Assembly: GCA_051294375.1 (NCBI GenBank)
Contig: CM119270.1
Location: 15,332,863-15,396,862, forward strand
Length of the DNA stretch: 64,000 bases
Origin: Paraspadella gotoi
Taxonomy: Eukaryota > Animalia > Chaetognatha
Direction of reading: 5' to 3'
Part shown: piece after piece, positions 26,611-39,921 of the stretch
Layout of the letters: each line of letters starts with the position of its first letter
How positions within the stretch are numbered: the stretch's first letter is position 1
Notes under the pieces: model-generated
Told to the model about the DNA's origin: nothing
Seen by the model: only the letters and a program-made list of their open reading frames with translations
The model's database searches: none
Translations under genes and position numbers: made by a program

Positions 26611-27386
26611 AATCCCTCGGGAAGAGAGAGCGAGAGAGGGGGAGGCGTCGAACCATGCGGGCGACGCCCGCCGGCCCATGCGGGCAAAGACGGGCAAAGA
26701 CGGGGCAAAGCCGGTCCGGCGCGTGTGGGCCGAAGGGTGGAAGGCGGGTGTGTAGGGAAAAGGGGGAGGGTGAGTCAAGGGCTGCGGCGGGCCGAAGAGG
26801 GGTAAGGGTCTTCGTGTCTCTTTATTCTCGGCGGCGACGAATCCACGTATTGTGACGGATTCGATAAACCGATTATGGGCGACGGGCGTGCAGAAGAGGG
26901 AATGATGAGCGACAGAGGAGGAGGTGACAGAGGATGATGACGTGAAGAAGATGAGACATACGGTGACAGAGGGGGCATATGACATGACATTGTACGCTGA
27001 CATAGTAAGTGATACATGAAGGGTGCGACAATGATATATGCAGTAAGATGACTCGAAGTGATATATTTCGGTAAGGAAAGTGAATGTTATGGTTAGTAGT
27101 GTTTAAAAGGGGGAATTTGAAAAAATCGCGGTATAGAAATGAAAAAAGATGAAATGATTTTTAAAATAATTATGGAAAAAGTAAAAAATAAAATTACTCG
27201 CGTGTAACTGGATTCGCTGGCGACGAATTGGACTCATAAAACGTTGGACTTTTGCAAACAGAAAAAAAGCCTTTTTTTAAAAAAATTGTGTCTGTTTAAA
27301 GGGCAAAAATGAAAAATATAAAGAAAGAAAGAAAGAAAGAAGAAAAAAGAAAGAAAGAAAGAAGAGAAAGAAAAGAAAGAAAGAAA

Positions 27387-27422
<36 letters not shown>

Positions 27423-27529
27423 GGAAAAAAAAAAGAAAGAGCGAGCGAACCAGCGAAATCGAAACAAAGCGGTTCGAATAAATTTAGAGAGCCAGTCTCT
27501 CTCTCTCTCTCTCTCTCTCCTCTCTCTCT

Positions 27530-27692
27530 CCATGGCGCAGTCTTTCCCACCCTCCCCCCGCCTCATCGATGGTTGTCCCCGTTTCTGCCGAGTCCATGAA
27601 ATATTGATGACGCCCCAAGTCTTTTGTGCAAGGCAGACTCTCCGTCTTCCCCACTGGTTCTCCGGTGAACTCGTGTCGCCTCTTTCTCTGCC
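27530..27692 (-). CDS. Possible degenerate or error-corrupted homeobox
   Basis: Single frame QRKRRHEFTGEPVGKTES...MDSAE...IDEAGGGWERLR places R5, F8, T9, E17, A35, W48 and R52 at homeodomain positions, but lacks L16, F20, F49, N51. Confidence 0.25.
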
Positions 27693-27771
27693 TTCACTTC
27701 TTTGTTGTTTTTTTATTTTCCAAAAAAAAATGTCGCCCATCGGATTCATACTTTTCAGACCTTATAGGTCG

Positions 27772-27850
<79 letters not shown>

Positions 27851-28049
27851 TCTCTCACTCGCATCTTCATTACTTTCGGGAAATTAAAGATTTTTTCCTC
27901 AAATATTTTTCGATGCTTTCCGTCTTTCCATTTTTGCCATTTTCTTAATGCAGTTTTTGAACTTTTGCTAATTCATTTTTCGGTTAATAAGAAATCGGCT
28001 TGACTTTTTCGCGAGTGAAAACTAAATGTGTTTCGCTTTAGACGCGACG

Positions 28050-28150
<101 letters not shown>

Positions 28151-28388
28151 CATTAATGTTGCGAGTTTTAATTGAGAAATGGAATCTTTAGAGACTAATT
28201 GTTCTGCATCAGTGTGGCTTGAAATGACAAGATTTTCTTTCAAAATTTATCTCGACTCCAAACATTTAACCTAAAATCAAAACGGTAGCCACTGTTCCGA
28301 GGGAATATGTTATTTATAGTATGTGTTATATAGTCTTTAGTAAATGATTAATTCCCAACCTAATCTTCTCTTTCTTTTCTCTTTCCAG

Positions 28389-28680
28389 CCTTGGACGAAC
28401 AACATCGAAAATCCCAACGATTCCGACGACGACGACGACGACGATGACGACGACGATTTCCCGCCCGCGACTTCCGGTTTCTGGCGTCTCCTCCGACACT
28501 TTACGCTCACATCCTCTCCTCGTTCGCTGCCCGACGGGCGTTATTACATCCGGGGCACCCCTTGCCCCAAATGGCCGCCCCGAAGCCCATGAGGGTCTCG
28601 TTCGACCGGCGACCCTGTCTCCCCAAACGCTGGCCCCCTGATCTCCCAATCTACCCCCCCCCCGTCCAAGACGGGCCTAA
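28389..28680 (+). CDS. GC-rich exon with poly-Asp and Pro-rich segment, unknown protein
   Basis: Strong acceptor cttttctctttccag, then PWTNNIENPNDSD11FPPATSGFWRLL... Confidence 0.45.
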
Positions 28681-28720
28681 GTTAGAATCAGCTTTGGAAT
28701 GGGTTCTCCGATCTCGCCCC

Positions 28721-28734
28721 GTTGCCATGGATAC
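28721..28734. promoter_or_regulatory. RFX X-box-like palindrome GTTGCCATGGATAC
   Basis: Matches the metazoan X-box consensus (GTTGCCATGGCAAC type). Confidence 0.4.
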
Positions 28735-30941
28735 GCTCACTGTGTTTTTGTTTAATCATAAACATCCTCTGTCGCTTCTCGTCTCTCTATATTTCTGGGA
28801 AAACGCATGATGTAATTTATTGTACAATTATTTATAAATTGACTATATTTTAAAATCTTGGTTTCATATTTGAAAGAATTATTTTACAACTGCCTTTTAC
28901 TAGTCTTCAATTTTTGAGACATCAGTTACACCAGTCATTATTGCCGTTACTAGTCTTGAATTTGGAATCCTGACGATAATTTTTATTAATATTATAATTT
29001 TAAAACCTAATTTTAAACAAATAATTTTTGAGTAGCTTTTGAAAGTTACGTTTAAATATTTGCTGTCATTGGTAATTTGTACAATTTAAAAACATACATT
29101 ACGCGTTTTCCTTCATTTTATTACATAATGTTGACGTAATGCGACGTTATTTTTATGCGCATTTACTCATATTTGTTACCCATACCAGACAACCTGTATT
29201 TTTTCAGCATTTGTAAATAATGCCCATCTTTCATACATTTAAATGTCTAGTTATTAGTACTTAATTGTATTTTTTTCGTTTTTTGATACCCTTTTGTATT
29301 TTCCAAGATTATGTACAGCATTTTTTGATGACTTATATTTGTTTGAATATATTACTTTTGTGAACAAACTTCTCTCTTGTTATTTTTAGTTGTTGAGAAT
29401 AGTTAGAATTTAATTCGTTAGATTTTTTCATGAAACTATCAAAACTTCCTGTCTCTCAGTTAAATAATGATGTGAGCGCCTCGATTTCATTTTGGTTTCT
29501 CCACTAGACGAAATATCTTCGATACTGTGTTTTGTAAAGAAACAGTTGCGCATTACAGTACGAAACATTAAAACTAGGCTAGCAAAACTAAACCGAACGA
29601 ATTGATACTACAAATACGGCAATAGTATTTATAGAGACGCGTTTTGGCCTCTTGCCAAAATCTTGACCCAAAAGCCAAAGAAACGTAAAAAAATAAGGAA
29701 TATACTAAAGAAGAATTTTTTCTGGATGCCGTTTTAGGTAGCAAGAATATTACTATTTTGGTCAATGGTCAAATTCGGTGGACCTTTACGACTTGCCATA
29801 ATATGAACAATAAATGGAGGAGGCACTTGGAAAAGGTAAAGTTTGGAAATGAGAGACAAGAGTCGAGAATAATAAAATTCATGACACAAAGAAAACACAA
29901 TCAAGTTTTCATGCGCTCGCTTTCAAACATTCTGAGATCGGTCTCCCACGTTTCTTATTCTTACATCTCAACTTTTTCAACACATTTTTCCTTAAACCGG
30001 TATTCGAGTATAAAAACGCAGACTTTGAGTTTGACCAAATAATGAACATTTGAGAAAAAAAATTTTTTGACCCAAATAATTTGATTTTTTTTTTGTTGTT
30101 CTTTTCATCGCCGAAAATTCGCGAACTCGAGAATTCCATTCATTTAGATTTCCATTCAGATGTCGTCGACTGAAGGCGACGACCTTCGTTGTTTCAGTTT
30201 TCTTCGTTGTCCTTTTATTCATCGTTATCTTCACTTTGTAATGTAATGGAATGTAATGTCGGTCGATGTCAAAAAATAAGCAAACAATTTTCTCATGTCA
30301 AAGAAAAGCAAACAATTTTCTCATTTATTCAGTAATTTACCGAATAACGAATATCTAAATTTTCTCAGCAGTTTAAAATTTTCGGTTGTATGGTTAAAAA
30401 AAAAGTTTACTATACAGCGACAATGATTATTTAGGGTAAGTTAGGTTTCCCCCGATACGTGTTCTCTCTTTCCTCACCTTTCCTTCCCCTTTTATACCTT
30501 TCCCTTCCTCCCCCCTTTGGCTCTCTGCCTCGGAATCTTGGACAGGGAATTTACGAAGCGACTCTCTACTCTCAACCGCCTTTTGCTCTTTGGTTTCTCT
30601 AACCGGCTTTGCCCCTTCATTAAGATTGATCATATTCGATTTTCGTTTTCTGTTTTTGATCTTCGTTACCCAAGTTGTCGCCGTCGTCCTGATTGTCGTT
30701 GTTGTTGTCTTTGTCTCATTGTCGTCTTAATGATCGTCTTCCTCGGCATCGTTCATCGTTCAGACTGAATGACCCACTTTCTTTTGTATCACTTGGGTTT
30801 TTTCCCCCTTTTTTTTTTCTTTTTTTTTCATTTCGTAAGAGATTTTTTTTCCTTTCTATTCATTCAAAAATTCAACTTCAACGAAAGAGGAATAAGAAAA
30901 ACACTTCTATCGCTCATAGAAATATCGAATAGAAGAAAATG

Positions 30942-31026
<85 letters not shown>

Positions 31027-31325
31027 CTAATAATTTTAGCCAAATGTTTATAACTCCTCCCTCACTCAAACCCGATAAATGCGTCTTTAAGAAAAAAAAA
31101 AGCAAAGCAAAGAGCAAACTTTTCTCCGTCCATTGTTTGCCGATCGCTTTTTTCCCCTTTCAAAGCTTCTTTTCTCCTTTCATGGGAAGAGCTTTATTTT
31201 CGTCTTCAGTTTTTATATGACTGATGATGATTTTATTCGTTTGAATTAAAAAAAAACTTTGAGATTAAATAAAAGTTAAAGAACAAAACTGAGAAAGATG
31301 TGTGTGTCTGGCAAAGAAAGAAAGG

Positions 31326-31446
<121 letters not shown>

Positions 31447-31735
31447 TGCAAAAAACTCGAAATCAAAGAAAAGATAAAAAAGACATTTATCTCTTCCTCT
31501 CTTAGCAACGGAGGCGGAGAAGAAAGAATCTTGAAAACTTCGGTTTCTCTTTTGACTCTCAAACTATAATTATTTAAATTTTTTTTTTTCAATTTTAGTT
31601 GAGGTTAAACCGATCATTATTTAAAAAACTGCTTGGTTACGATTTGAGGGGGAAAAAAATTCAGAAATGAAAAATCAATCAGAAAGAGTCGTTAAATTTT
31701 TCACTGTCAAATATTTTCTTTTTTCCCTGTCTTCG

Positions 31736-31777
<42 letters not shown>

Positions 31778-33738
31778 CCTAATCTCCCCCGTTAATGTCA
31801 CAGAGATCTCCAGGAAAAATTTCCAAAGGTCGAACGAACCCGCCACGTCGGACATCCCCCAACTACCCTTTGGCCCCCTACCGGGCGTTTCTCGCGCACC
31901 CCGTGCCGGTCGCGCCGCTTCGGGCGTGGGGTCGGGCAGCAACGCTCGAGTGGGATCGGGCACGGTGTAGAGTCGGGCAGGACGACGACGACGACAACGA
32001 CGACTACGATAAAACCGTGGGGGCGTAAAGCAACGCAGGGGAAAAAATCGTTTATTAGATTTTTTATTTTCGGCTTTGAAAAAAAAAAAAGTTTTAAATG
32101 AAGGGAAAAAAAAAGAAAATAAATTACGTTGTCTGTCTTCTCTTTTCATCCTTCGCAAATGAAGTATAAAAAAAAATGACAATAAATGAAGTAAATGGGA
32201 TAAAAAAGAAAAAGAAAATCGTTAAATCCAAATTTTTTTTCGTCGAATCACGTGAACGATGATGACGACGACAGCGACGACGACGTTCGTCGTCGTCATC
32301 GTCGTCGTCACCGTCGTCTTCGTCTTCGCTTCGTCTTCGTCGTCATCGTTCACGTGAGTCACGTGATTCTTTCGTCAAACTTCATTAGTGAACGACAAAA
32401 AAAAAAAAGGTCTGGGAATCCGCAAAGTAATGAACGAATTTGGCTGAGATACGACGGAGGAGGAAGAGGAGGCGAAAAAGAAGATTCGGATGATGAAGGA
32501 AAAAAGAAAAAAAGGAGGAAAGGAATGAAAAGAAGAAACGAAGAGAAAAGTGGGAAAAAAATTTCGAAGGAATAATTAACGAAATTCGAAAATTTTGTAC
32601 GAAAGTTTTTCGATAATTTCTATTTCGAAGGAGAGAAAATGAAAGAAATTCATTAATTGGAGAGAAACTCGATTTAATTTTAAATTTCAAGTCGAGGTTG
32701 GGAAGCTAAACGCTAGGGAAAAGATGAGAGAAGGGAAAATAAAGTTGGGGAAGACAATAGAAGGTAAAATACAGTTTGTTACTCGTTGTTGGAAATCATA
32801 GGATTGATATTTTAATCTCATTTGCATTCTGCATTTTGTAATATTCTTTGAAACACCACTTCATTGATAGGGAGACAGGTATTCTGGAAGTGAATAAACG
32901 AAACTGTGAGAAAGTCTTGATTGAAAGCTTGCTATGTCATTATTTTGTAAGAGTGATGGAGGCCTTAAACACCAAATTCTGTCCAGGGAAAGTAGCTTTT
33001 ATAATGGGGTTGTACCATTGCATAAGTTAATAATATTCGGGCCCATGATAGAAAAAACACTTTTGAGCCGGCCGGAAAATCTCCAACATTTTTTGCAGTG
33101 AGCCTCAAGAGGTTTGATGCGTGGGGAACCAAGCGGCGAAAGGCGATATTCAGGCTCGCTGTTAACCATGACCCTTTTAAACTGCAACTCCGTAGCTTGC
33201 CACGATAAAGAGTCAAGTTATATCATCGTTGTCATCATCGGTAATTCGACACCAACGACACTGATTTCCCGATAGTCGCCGCCACCTGACAATTCAGATC
33301 GACGGATGTCGGTTGGAAATCGAGACGCGAATCGAGAAGAGAGAAATTGAAGTCTGAAACTTGAAAGTCTGAAGTCTGAACCGACGATCGAACTGAAACG
33401 GAGATTCAAGAAATGAGGATGGAAATCGGGAAAGGGGGGGGGGCAGGGAAGGGATAATGAGAGAAGAAAAAAACTAAATTTTTTTTAAAAGTTCTACAGA
33501 AAGAATAAGATGGAGGCGATTCGGCCTCGCAAACTAAGCGGCATATTCGGTACCGCAAATTGAAGAAGCGATTCGGCACCGCAGACTCAAAAAGGTCATT
33601 AAGCACCGGAAATTTAACAGGATATTCGGCACCGCAAAGCGGGGACGAGAGTTGGCCCCCGTAATTCGCCGTCGCCGTCGGTAAAATCCGGCCGAATTCA
33701 TTCTCCTCCGGCGCCGACAAAAGATTTCGCCCATAGAT

Positions 33739-33782
<44 letters not shown>

Positions 33783-33814
33783 GAGAGAAAATCCGTGAAT
33801 ATTGGACGAGTTTC

Positions 33815-34050
33815 TCCGGCGCGCGCGACGTCACCTTACATTAAGAGAGGATCAAAGGAAAAAAGAAGAGAAATGAGAGATGACATCACGACGTCAAGAA
33901 AGTGACGTCGTTGATGACGTCAAAGTCGACGACGTGGTTGACAAGATGTTACGGGCCGTGAAATAAAGATGAGGTACCTCTGGGTCTTAATCTCTCTCCT
34001 CGTCCGTCAAAAAAATGTGACGTTCACGAGAGGAGAAAGTCACGTGACTG
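33815..34050. promoter_or_regulatory. CpG-rich promoter-like cluster: CRE TGACGTCA (33915), several GACGTC sites, E-box palindrome GTCACGTGAC (34039)
   Basis: Motifs read directly; function inferred. Confidence 0.4.
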
Positions 34051-35767
34051 AATGTGATTCAATAAAGGAGTTTCCGGACGAAAGGAGAGACGATGGAGAC
34101 GCGAGGATGTTTTATGTCGGATACATTCACTACATTTTTTTTGTTCTCTTGTTTTATTCAACCTTGATTGATATCTCGCATTGACTGGGTTATTAATGAT
34201 TTATAGCTTGTACTAAAACCAAAGTCGCGTACAAACTTGGTTCATAAGCTCATTAGCATTTGCATATAATTATTGTATTATTTACTGCAAGAATCTGAAT
34301 ATGACGAACGCCTAATTTTTTAGTTTTATCTTTTGTCTCTTAAACAATAAACTGTCTTTCTTTTTTGTTTTCACTCTCAGTTATTCTACACATCCTATCA
34401 CCTCTTTATTCTTCAAAAATTCCTAACTTCTGTTTAATATGTAGTACTGTATACTTTGCACGAAAGGATTTCTTTTATCGACTGACCCGTTATTTTCACT
34501 CAAAAATCGGAGGCGATCTCGTCTGCATCACGAAAGGTCATCGCTGTTAAAATATCAGGACGTTAAATTTATTTCTCGCTGACCATCGGTGCACCGCGGT
34601 GGAGGGGAAAAACATTAGCTCGTTTTTTTTTATCTTGTTTTAAATGCCAAACGAAGACCAAAGTAAGAACTTTGTAAAGAGAGAGATGCTTGAGACAGCC
34701 ATCGTTTTTTTTGTGATGCAGACCAAAAACGAATCTGGGAGAAAGAAAGGAACTTATATAGTTATGAATCAATAAGTATAAAATATTTATTTTTATATCA
34801 CTTTAATTTTAGTCGTCCACGTGAAATGAGTTTTAAATGGAAAAAACAAAAAATATATTAACTATTTGGAACGACATTAACTCAAGCAAAAGAAATTACC
34901 TGTCTTCTACAGCTGGAGTCAGATTTGCATCAAGGCGGTTTGGACGTGCGAATATCTCATGGTAAAGTAACGGGAGTGTGACGTCTAAATATTTTTAAAT
35001 GTCCATAATGATAATGTTAATAAAATTGCTCGTGCGCATAGACTAAATTAAGATATAAACTAGCACAATAGAAAAATAAAACTTCTTCAGAAGGAGGAAT
35101 TCTAAGTGTCTCGGCGACTCGAGTTGACGCTGGTCGATCAAGATAACGCTGCAGTCAGCAGAGATCATTTCACACAAACGTACAGTGAAAGCCTCAGTCA
35201 CGCGTCGTCGGCTACTGGCTTCTCCTTTTATATGTGAAAACAAACTCATTTCAAATTCAAGCCCAGAACAAAAACTATTTTTTCTGCTCTGCTTTAATTG
35301 AACGGTCGGAGCTTATTTTACTCATTTAACTACATTTAAACTCATTGTATCTTTTTCAATTATAGTCGTCATGTTATTATTGTTTTGTAATATTTGTAAT
35401 ATGTTTTGAAGACGTAAACCTTTTTTTGCGCGATTCTCGAATGTTGCGAGAAGTCACTAGGGGTTAGAGAACGTCACGGGAGAGCGTCGCTTGACTCGCC
35501 TTTCTCGTCCTTCTCCGAGTTTGTGGAGAAGAATCCACCGAACGCAATAGAGCTAGCTGGAGCTCACTCCAGTGTCGAGGGGTGTCAGTTCTCTTCGACA
35601 CACTGCTCCGTCTGGTCAGCTGCGCATTGGCGCGGCGTGTCGTAATTTAAAGGGATGCGTATCCGCGCGCGCCTCAGCGCGCAATATTGGAGTGTAGCAG
35701 AATGGTCGAGTCAGAGACGGCTGCCGGGCGGTCCCCATCCAAAATGTTAATCGCTTAACGATCCGGC

Positions 35768-36010
35768 TATGGTGGACTAAAACCACGCAACCGTTCATCC
35801 ACGGCCATTGGTGCCGGAGGCAAGTCATTCGCCTCGCAACCAAAGGTCCGGGGTTCTAAGCCCGGTGGTCGTCTGGCAGTTTAGAGGGACGGGGCGCTTA
35901 TACCGCGCCTGGTAACTCGGGTGTACAGCCTGAATCCGAAGGCTCAGGGACTGCTTATGAGTTGAAGCCCCGGTTCTGTCATTAACATAATATCAATTAT
36001 CACTCTCTTC
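35768..36010 (+). mobile_element. tRNA-derived SINE, copy 1 (tRNA-like head about 35802-35871)
   Basis: Acceptor-like stem CGGCCAT/GTGGTCG, A-box-like tggtgccggagg, B-box-like ggttctaagccc, anticodon arm ttcgcctc(c)caa similar to tRNA-Gly; four copies in the window. Confidence 0.75.
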
Positions 36011-36210
36011 ATTGGTGAGCCGACTTCCGAACACAACAGCAACACACTTTCAGGCGAGCATGCCGTGCAACCTGGCGATGCGACACTTTCGCTCCACAAC
36101 ACATCAGGCAACATGGCCTCAACTTGGTGAACGCACTTTCCACCAACAACAACAATGTCACTGAAGAGACGGTAACAAGCAGACATCTTCCTACGGGAGG
36201 GGGGGGATGT

Positions 36211-36458
36211 TATGGTGACTAAAACCCACCAACGCGTTCATCCAGCGGGCCCCCCATTGGTGCCGGAGGCAAGTCATTCGGTCCCTCCCAACCCAAAGGT
36301 CGGGGTTCTAGCGCGGTGGTGCGTCTGGCAGTTTAGAGGGACGGGGCGTTAAACCGCTGTAACTCGGTGTTACAGAGCCTGATCCGAAGCTCAGGACCTC
36401 GCTTTATATTGAACGGTTCTCTGTGTCATGTAACATATATCAATTAATCACTCTCTTC
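36211..36458 (+). mobile_element. tRNA-derived SINE, copy 2
   Basis: Colinear with 35768-36010 including the 3' tail ...aattaatcactctcttc. Confidence 0.75.
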
Positions 36459-39400
36459 CAAACGGCCTTTGGTTTTCCTTGTATTTCTAAAATATTATAA
36501 ATTCGTTTATATACGATAATTTCGTTTTTTAGTTTACTTAACCGCTCCGCTTTAAAGGAAATAAATGTTTCGTATTTTAAATTGTCGAACTTATTACAAG
36601 GTGTCCTATGTCCATTTACTTGCTCTACGTGATCATTGTGTACCGGCGCAAGATCTGTTACGCGCAATTAATATTTCGCCTAAGCAAATTTGTTTTGGAG
36701 GAGCAATATTAGTTCAATTTACAAAAGACTGATTTAAAAATGGAAAACGTGCATGAAGATCAAAAGAGGAGAATAATAATTAGGCTAAATTTTTTACTGT
36801 TCCGCCTAACCTACTGATCGCTTTAGAAAAACCACTTAAAAAATACTTATTTAAAAAAAAAATTAAAAAAATTATTACGCAAAGTCCCTTAAGCCCTTTA
36901 ACCTCTAACCACCTCTAATGCTAAGCTATCCACAAATTCGATTACTACATAAAAATTAATGTGGTTAATTTTTAAAACTTACCAACTAATATAGCAGGAA
37001 GACAGTAATGCTAATGAGAACGGCCGAGGCAGACGCCATTGCGGACACGGACAGTCAGGGTGACGAAGAACTGAAGTTGAGAATAAACCTAAATTTTAAA
37101 AAAAGTGGCACAGTAACGCGAGAAAATAACTTAGATGTGAGGGAATTTATGTAAAATGGCAGAACAAAAATGGCGCTATACGACCCAAAAAACGTAAGGG
37201 CTGAGGTGTAAAGATGGAGTCGTTGAAGGGGCATAAAGATTATTTTTGCTACGGGCTGAACTGAAAATGTGATTAGCATATAGAAATAAAATTCAAACAA
37301 TCTTAAACCAAAAGGAAAGTTAAAGGTTGTGCTTTACCAACGATCGATGGCTGCAACAAGGGGTCCTAAAATGGAGAGGGTGACACGAAAAGACGGATGT
37401 AATGACGGCAAAAATAAGCGGCGTGGAATTTGAAGTTATTCAATTGGAAAATGATCTACCATGATGGAAAAAAAATGTCACGGTTTCCTTACTAAAATTT
37501 AGATCTTATTTATTCTTAACGCTTATATCATTAATTTTATAAAAAGTGATACAAGCTTTAAATCACTAAAACTTATCAAATCAAGAAAATATTTTATTTA
37601 TTAGCATGAAAAATAAGTTTTTATATTAATTATAATAATTTTTATAATTAATATAAAAATAATTAAAAGAATATTAAAAAAATTGATAATATTTAAATTT
37701 TTTAAAAATTTTAAAAATTTACTGCTTTAAAATATTGAATTTCCAAGAATTTGGATTATTTTATTAGATTTATGATTAAAGAAGATAATTTTTTAACTAA
37801 AATAATAAAAAAAATTATTTTTTATAAAAATTTATTGTTTACTGCATAATATAGGTAAAGTGATAAAAAAGATTGAACGATAAATATTTTTTTACTTGCC
37901 TATGGACATATAATTAATAAATTTTAAATATTTAATTGGGAATTCCTGATAGAGGCTCAAAAAGGTTAAGCAAAAATTACATTACAGGACTTTTTAAAAT
38001 TTTAATGTTTATGTAAAAAAAAAAATAATAAATAAAAAACTATATTATCGGATGAATGATGAATAATGATTTTCGTTAAATTTTTCTTAATTTTAACCCA
38101 CTTATCAATCCAAAATATTTAAAAAAAAGGGTTAAAGTTTACTTTTGCCAACCGCGGTTTTGGTGGCATTTGTTTGAAAGACTACTTAAAAAATTTATTC
38201 TTTATTTTTTTTTAAAAAAAAATTTAAAAAAATATTATCAAGACTCTCACACACCTAACCCAAACCCCTCTTAACCTAACCACCTTAACGCACGCCCTAA
38301 ACACTCTTACCGCTAACCCTTAGCGTAACTCCGGCCAGCGAAAGGTAAATAACGCGAAAGAAAGAATTATACTTTGGTATATAAAACAACTTTTTATAAG
38401 CTAGTCTGAATCTGCTTTAAAAAAAATTAACATTTCCTATCTATAAATAAAATATTTTAAAAATAATTATTAATAGCTTTTGCTATTTTAAACAATTTGG
38501 CCAATGAAAGTTCTCAAATCAAACTTCAGACTTACCGCCATTGTATAAAGTTTGTTTCTTAATTTGATCGCCATAAAAATAAAAAAAATTAAAAAAAATT
38601 TATAGTTTTAATATTTAAATCGCAAATGATAAGCGTTTTTAACCTATATAGAATTTTATCCCAAAGATTAAAAAGAAGTCTAATTTTTTACTTCCCCTCT
38701 AAATATGTAAAGAAACAGAAATTGTTATAACATGTTTTTTTATTTAACTTTTTTATGAAGAATCTAACACATCTTGTCAAAGTTTAAGAAAATTTTTTTT
38801 AACATTTGATTATTTTATAGAAAATTATATTAGAAATATTTAATTCTTCTATTTAAAATTTAGTTAATTATACTATCTCCATCTAAATATCTTTACTTTG
38901 ATCACCCAAATAATTTTTTATTTTTTAACTGTTCCATCCTTATACTGGAGGCCACAAATGCAATAATACATAATCTTTACATTTTTAATAATTTTTATTT
39001 TTAAAAAAAAATTGGCGATCCAAGAATTGGAGACTACGCTCTGGAGGCTTTAGTGGGAAAACGAAGAGAAGGAAAAAAAAGAATTGGTTTCTTTATGGAA
39101 AAAAAATTTTATAAATGCCGGTAACAATATGATATTAAAAGAAATGTTTTTAACTCACAAGCTAAAGAGTTGTTTTTGTTTAAATTAGATAATTTGTAAT
39201 GGATTTTGTTTTTTTATTGCTTTTGGATTAGAGTATTTACAAGTTTTTTATTTGTTTTGAACCTTGTATCAGCCAGTTTAATAAATATTTTTGGATTTTA
39301 TACTTAAGAGATGGAGAAGAAACAATTTAACCTTGATTATCTCTCTCTCTCTCGTCTCTCCAAATTATTAAATGATTATTCATAATCATAAATAAAAGAC

Positions 39401-39721
39401 TCTGTTACTTTGTAAATATAATTATTATATTTTTTTTATAAATTATTATTATTCTAAATGATTTTTTTAAATATTAAATTATAAATAACTTAAGCCGAAA
39501 CTTAATTTTAGAAATTTAAACTCTAATTTACCCTAACTGTACCCTATACAGACTTACGCTCATATCCAACTTACTTTTACGCCTTAACTACCTCTAACCC
39601 TAACTTACTCCTAACTTATTTTTAATTTTTCTAGTTAGCTTACACTTACTTCCTTAATTTTACTCTTTGAAGAGACAGTAATAATTTGTTATGTGTCTAG
39701 TGGACAGAACAGTTTCAAATG

Positions 39722-39921
39722 TAGCAGTCCTCTGAGCCTTCGGATCAGGCTGTAACACTGTGTTAGCAGGCGGGTTAAGCGCCTCCGTCGCCTCTAACAC
39801 TGCTAGGGCGACGCACACGGGCAATAGAACGCCGGACCTTTGGATCCTGGGAAGCGAATGACTTACTCCGGCACCTAATGGCCGCTGATGAAGCCGGTTG
39901 GTGGATTTTAATCCACGGCAT
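39722..39921 (-). mobile_element. tRNA-derived SINE, copy 3 (inverted)
   Basis: Reverse complement gives ...ggtgccggagtaagtcattcgcttcccag...gtgttacagcctgatccgaaggctcag. Confidence 0.75.

Noticed and set aside
35802-35871. Functional tRNA-Gly gene
   Set aside because: Degenerate arms, differs among copies, embedded in a longer repeated element.
35845-35960. Twister-ribozyme-like words in the SINE (GGTTCTAAGCCCGG...AGAGGG...TAAC)
   Set aside because: The P2 pairing could not be formed, and the first word is better explained as the tRNA B-box/T-arm. An Rfam cmscan would settle it.
36890-39620. Degenerate (CCCTAA)-like tracts at about 36890, 38250, 39530
   Set aside because: Too short and degenerate, in very noisy AT-rich sequence, to call interstitial telomeres.
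39880-39920. CTGATGA hammerhead core
   Set aside because: No matching GAAA or stems, and not conserved in the other three SINE copies.
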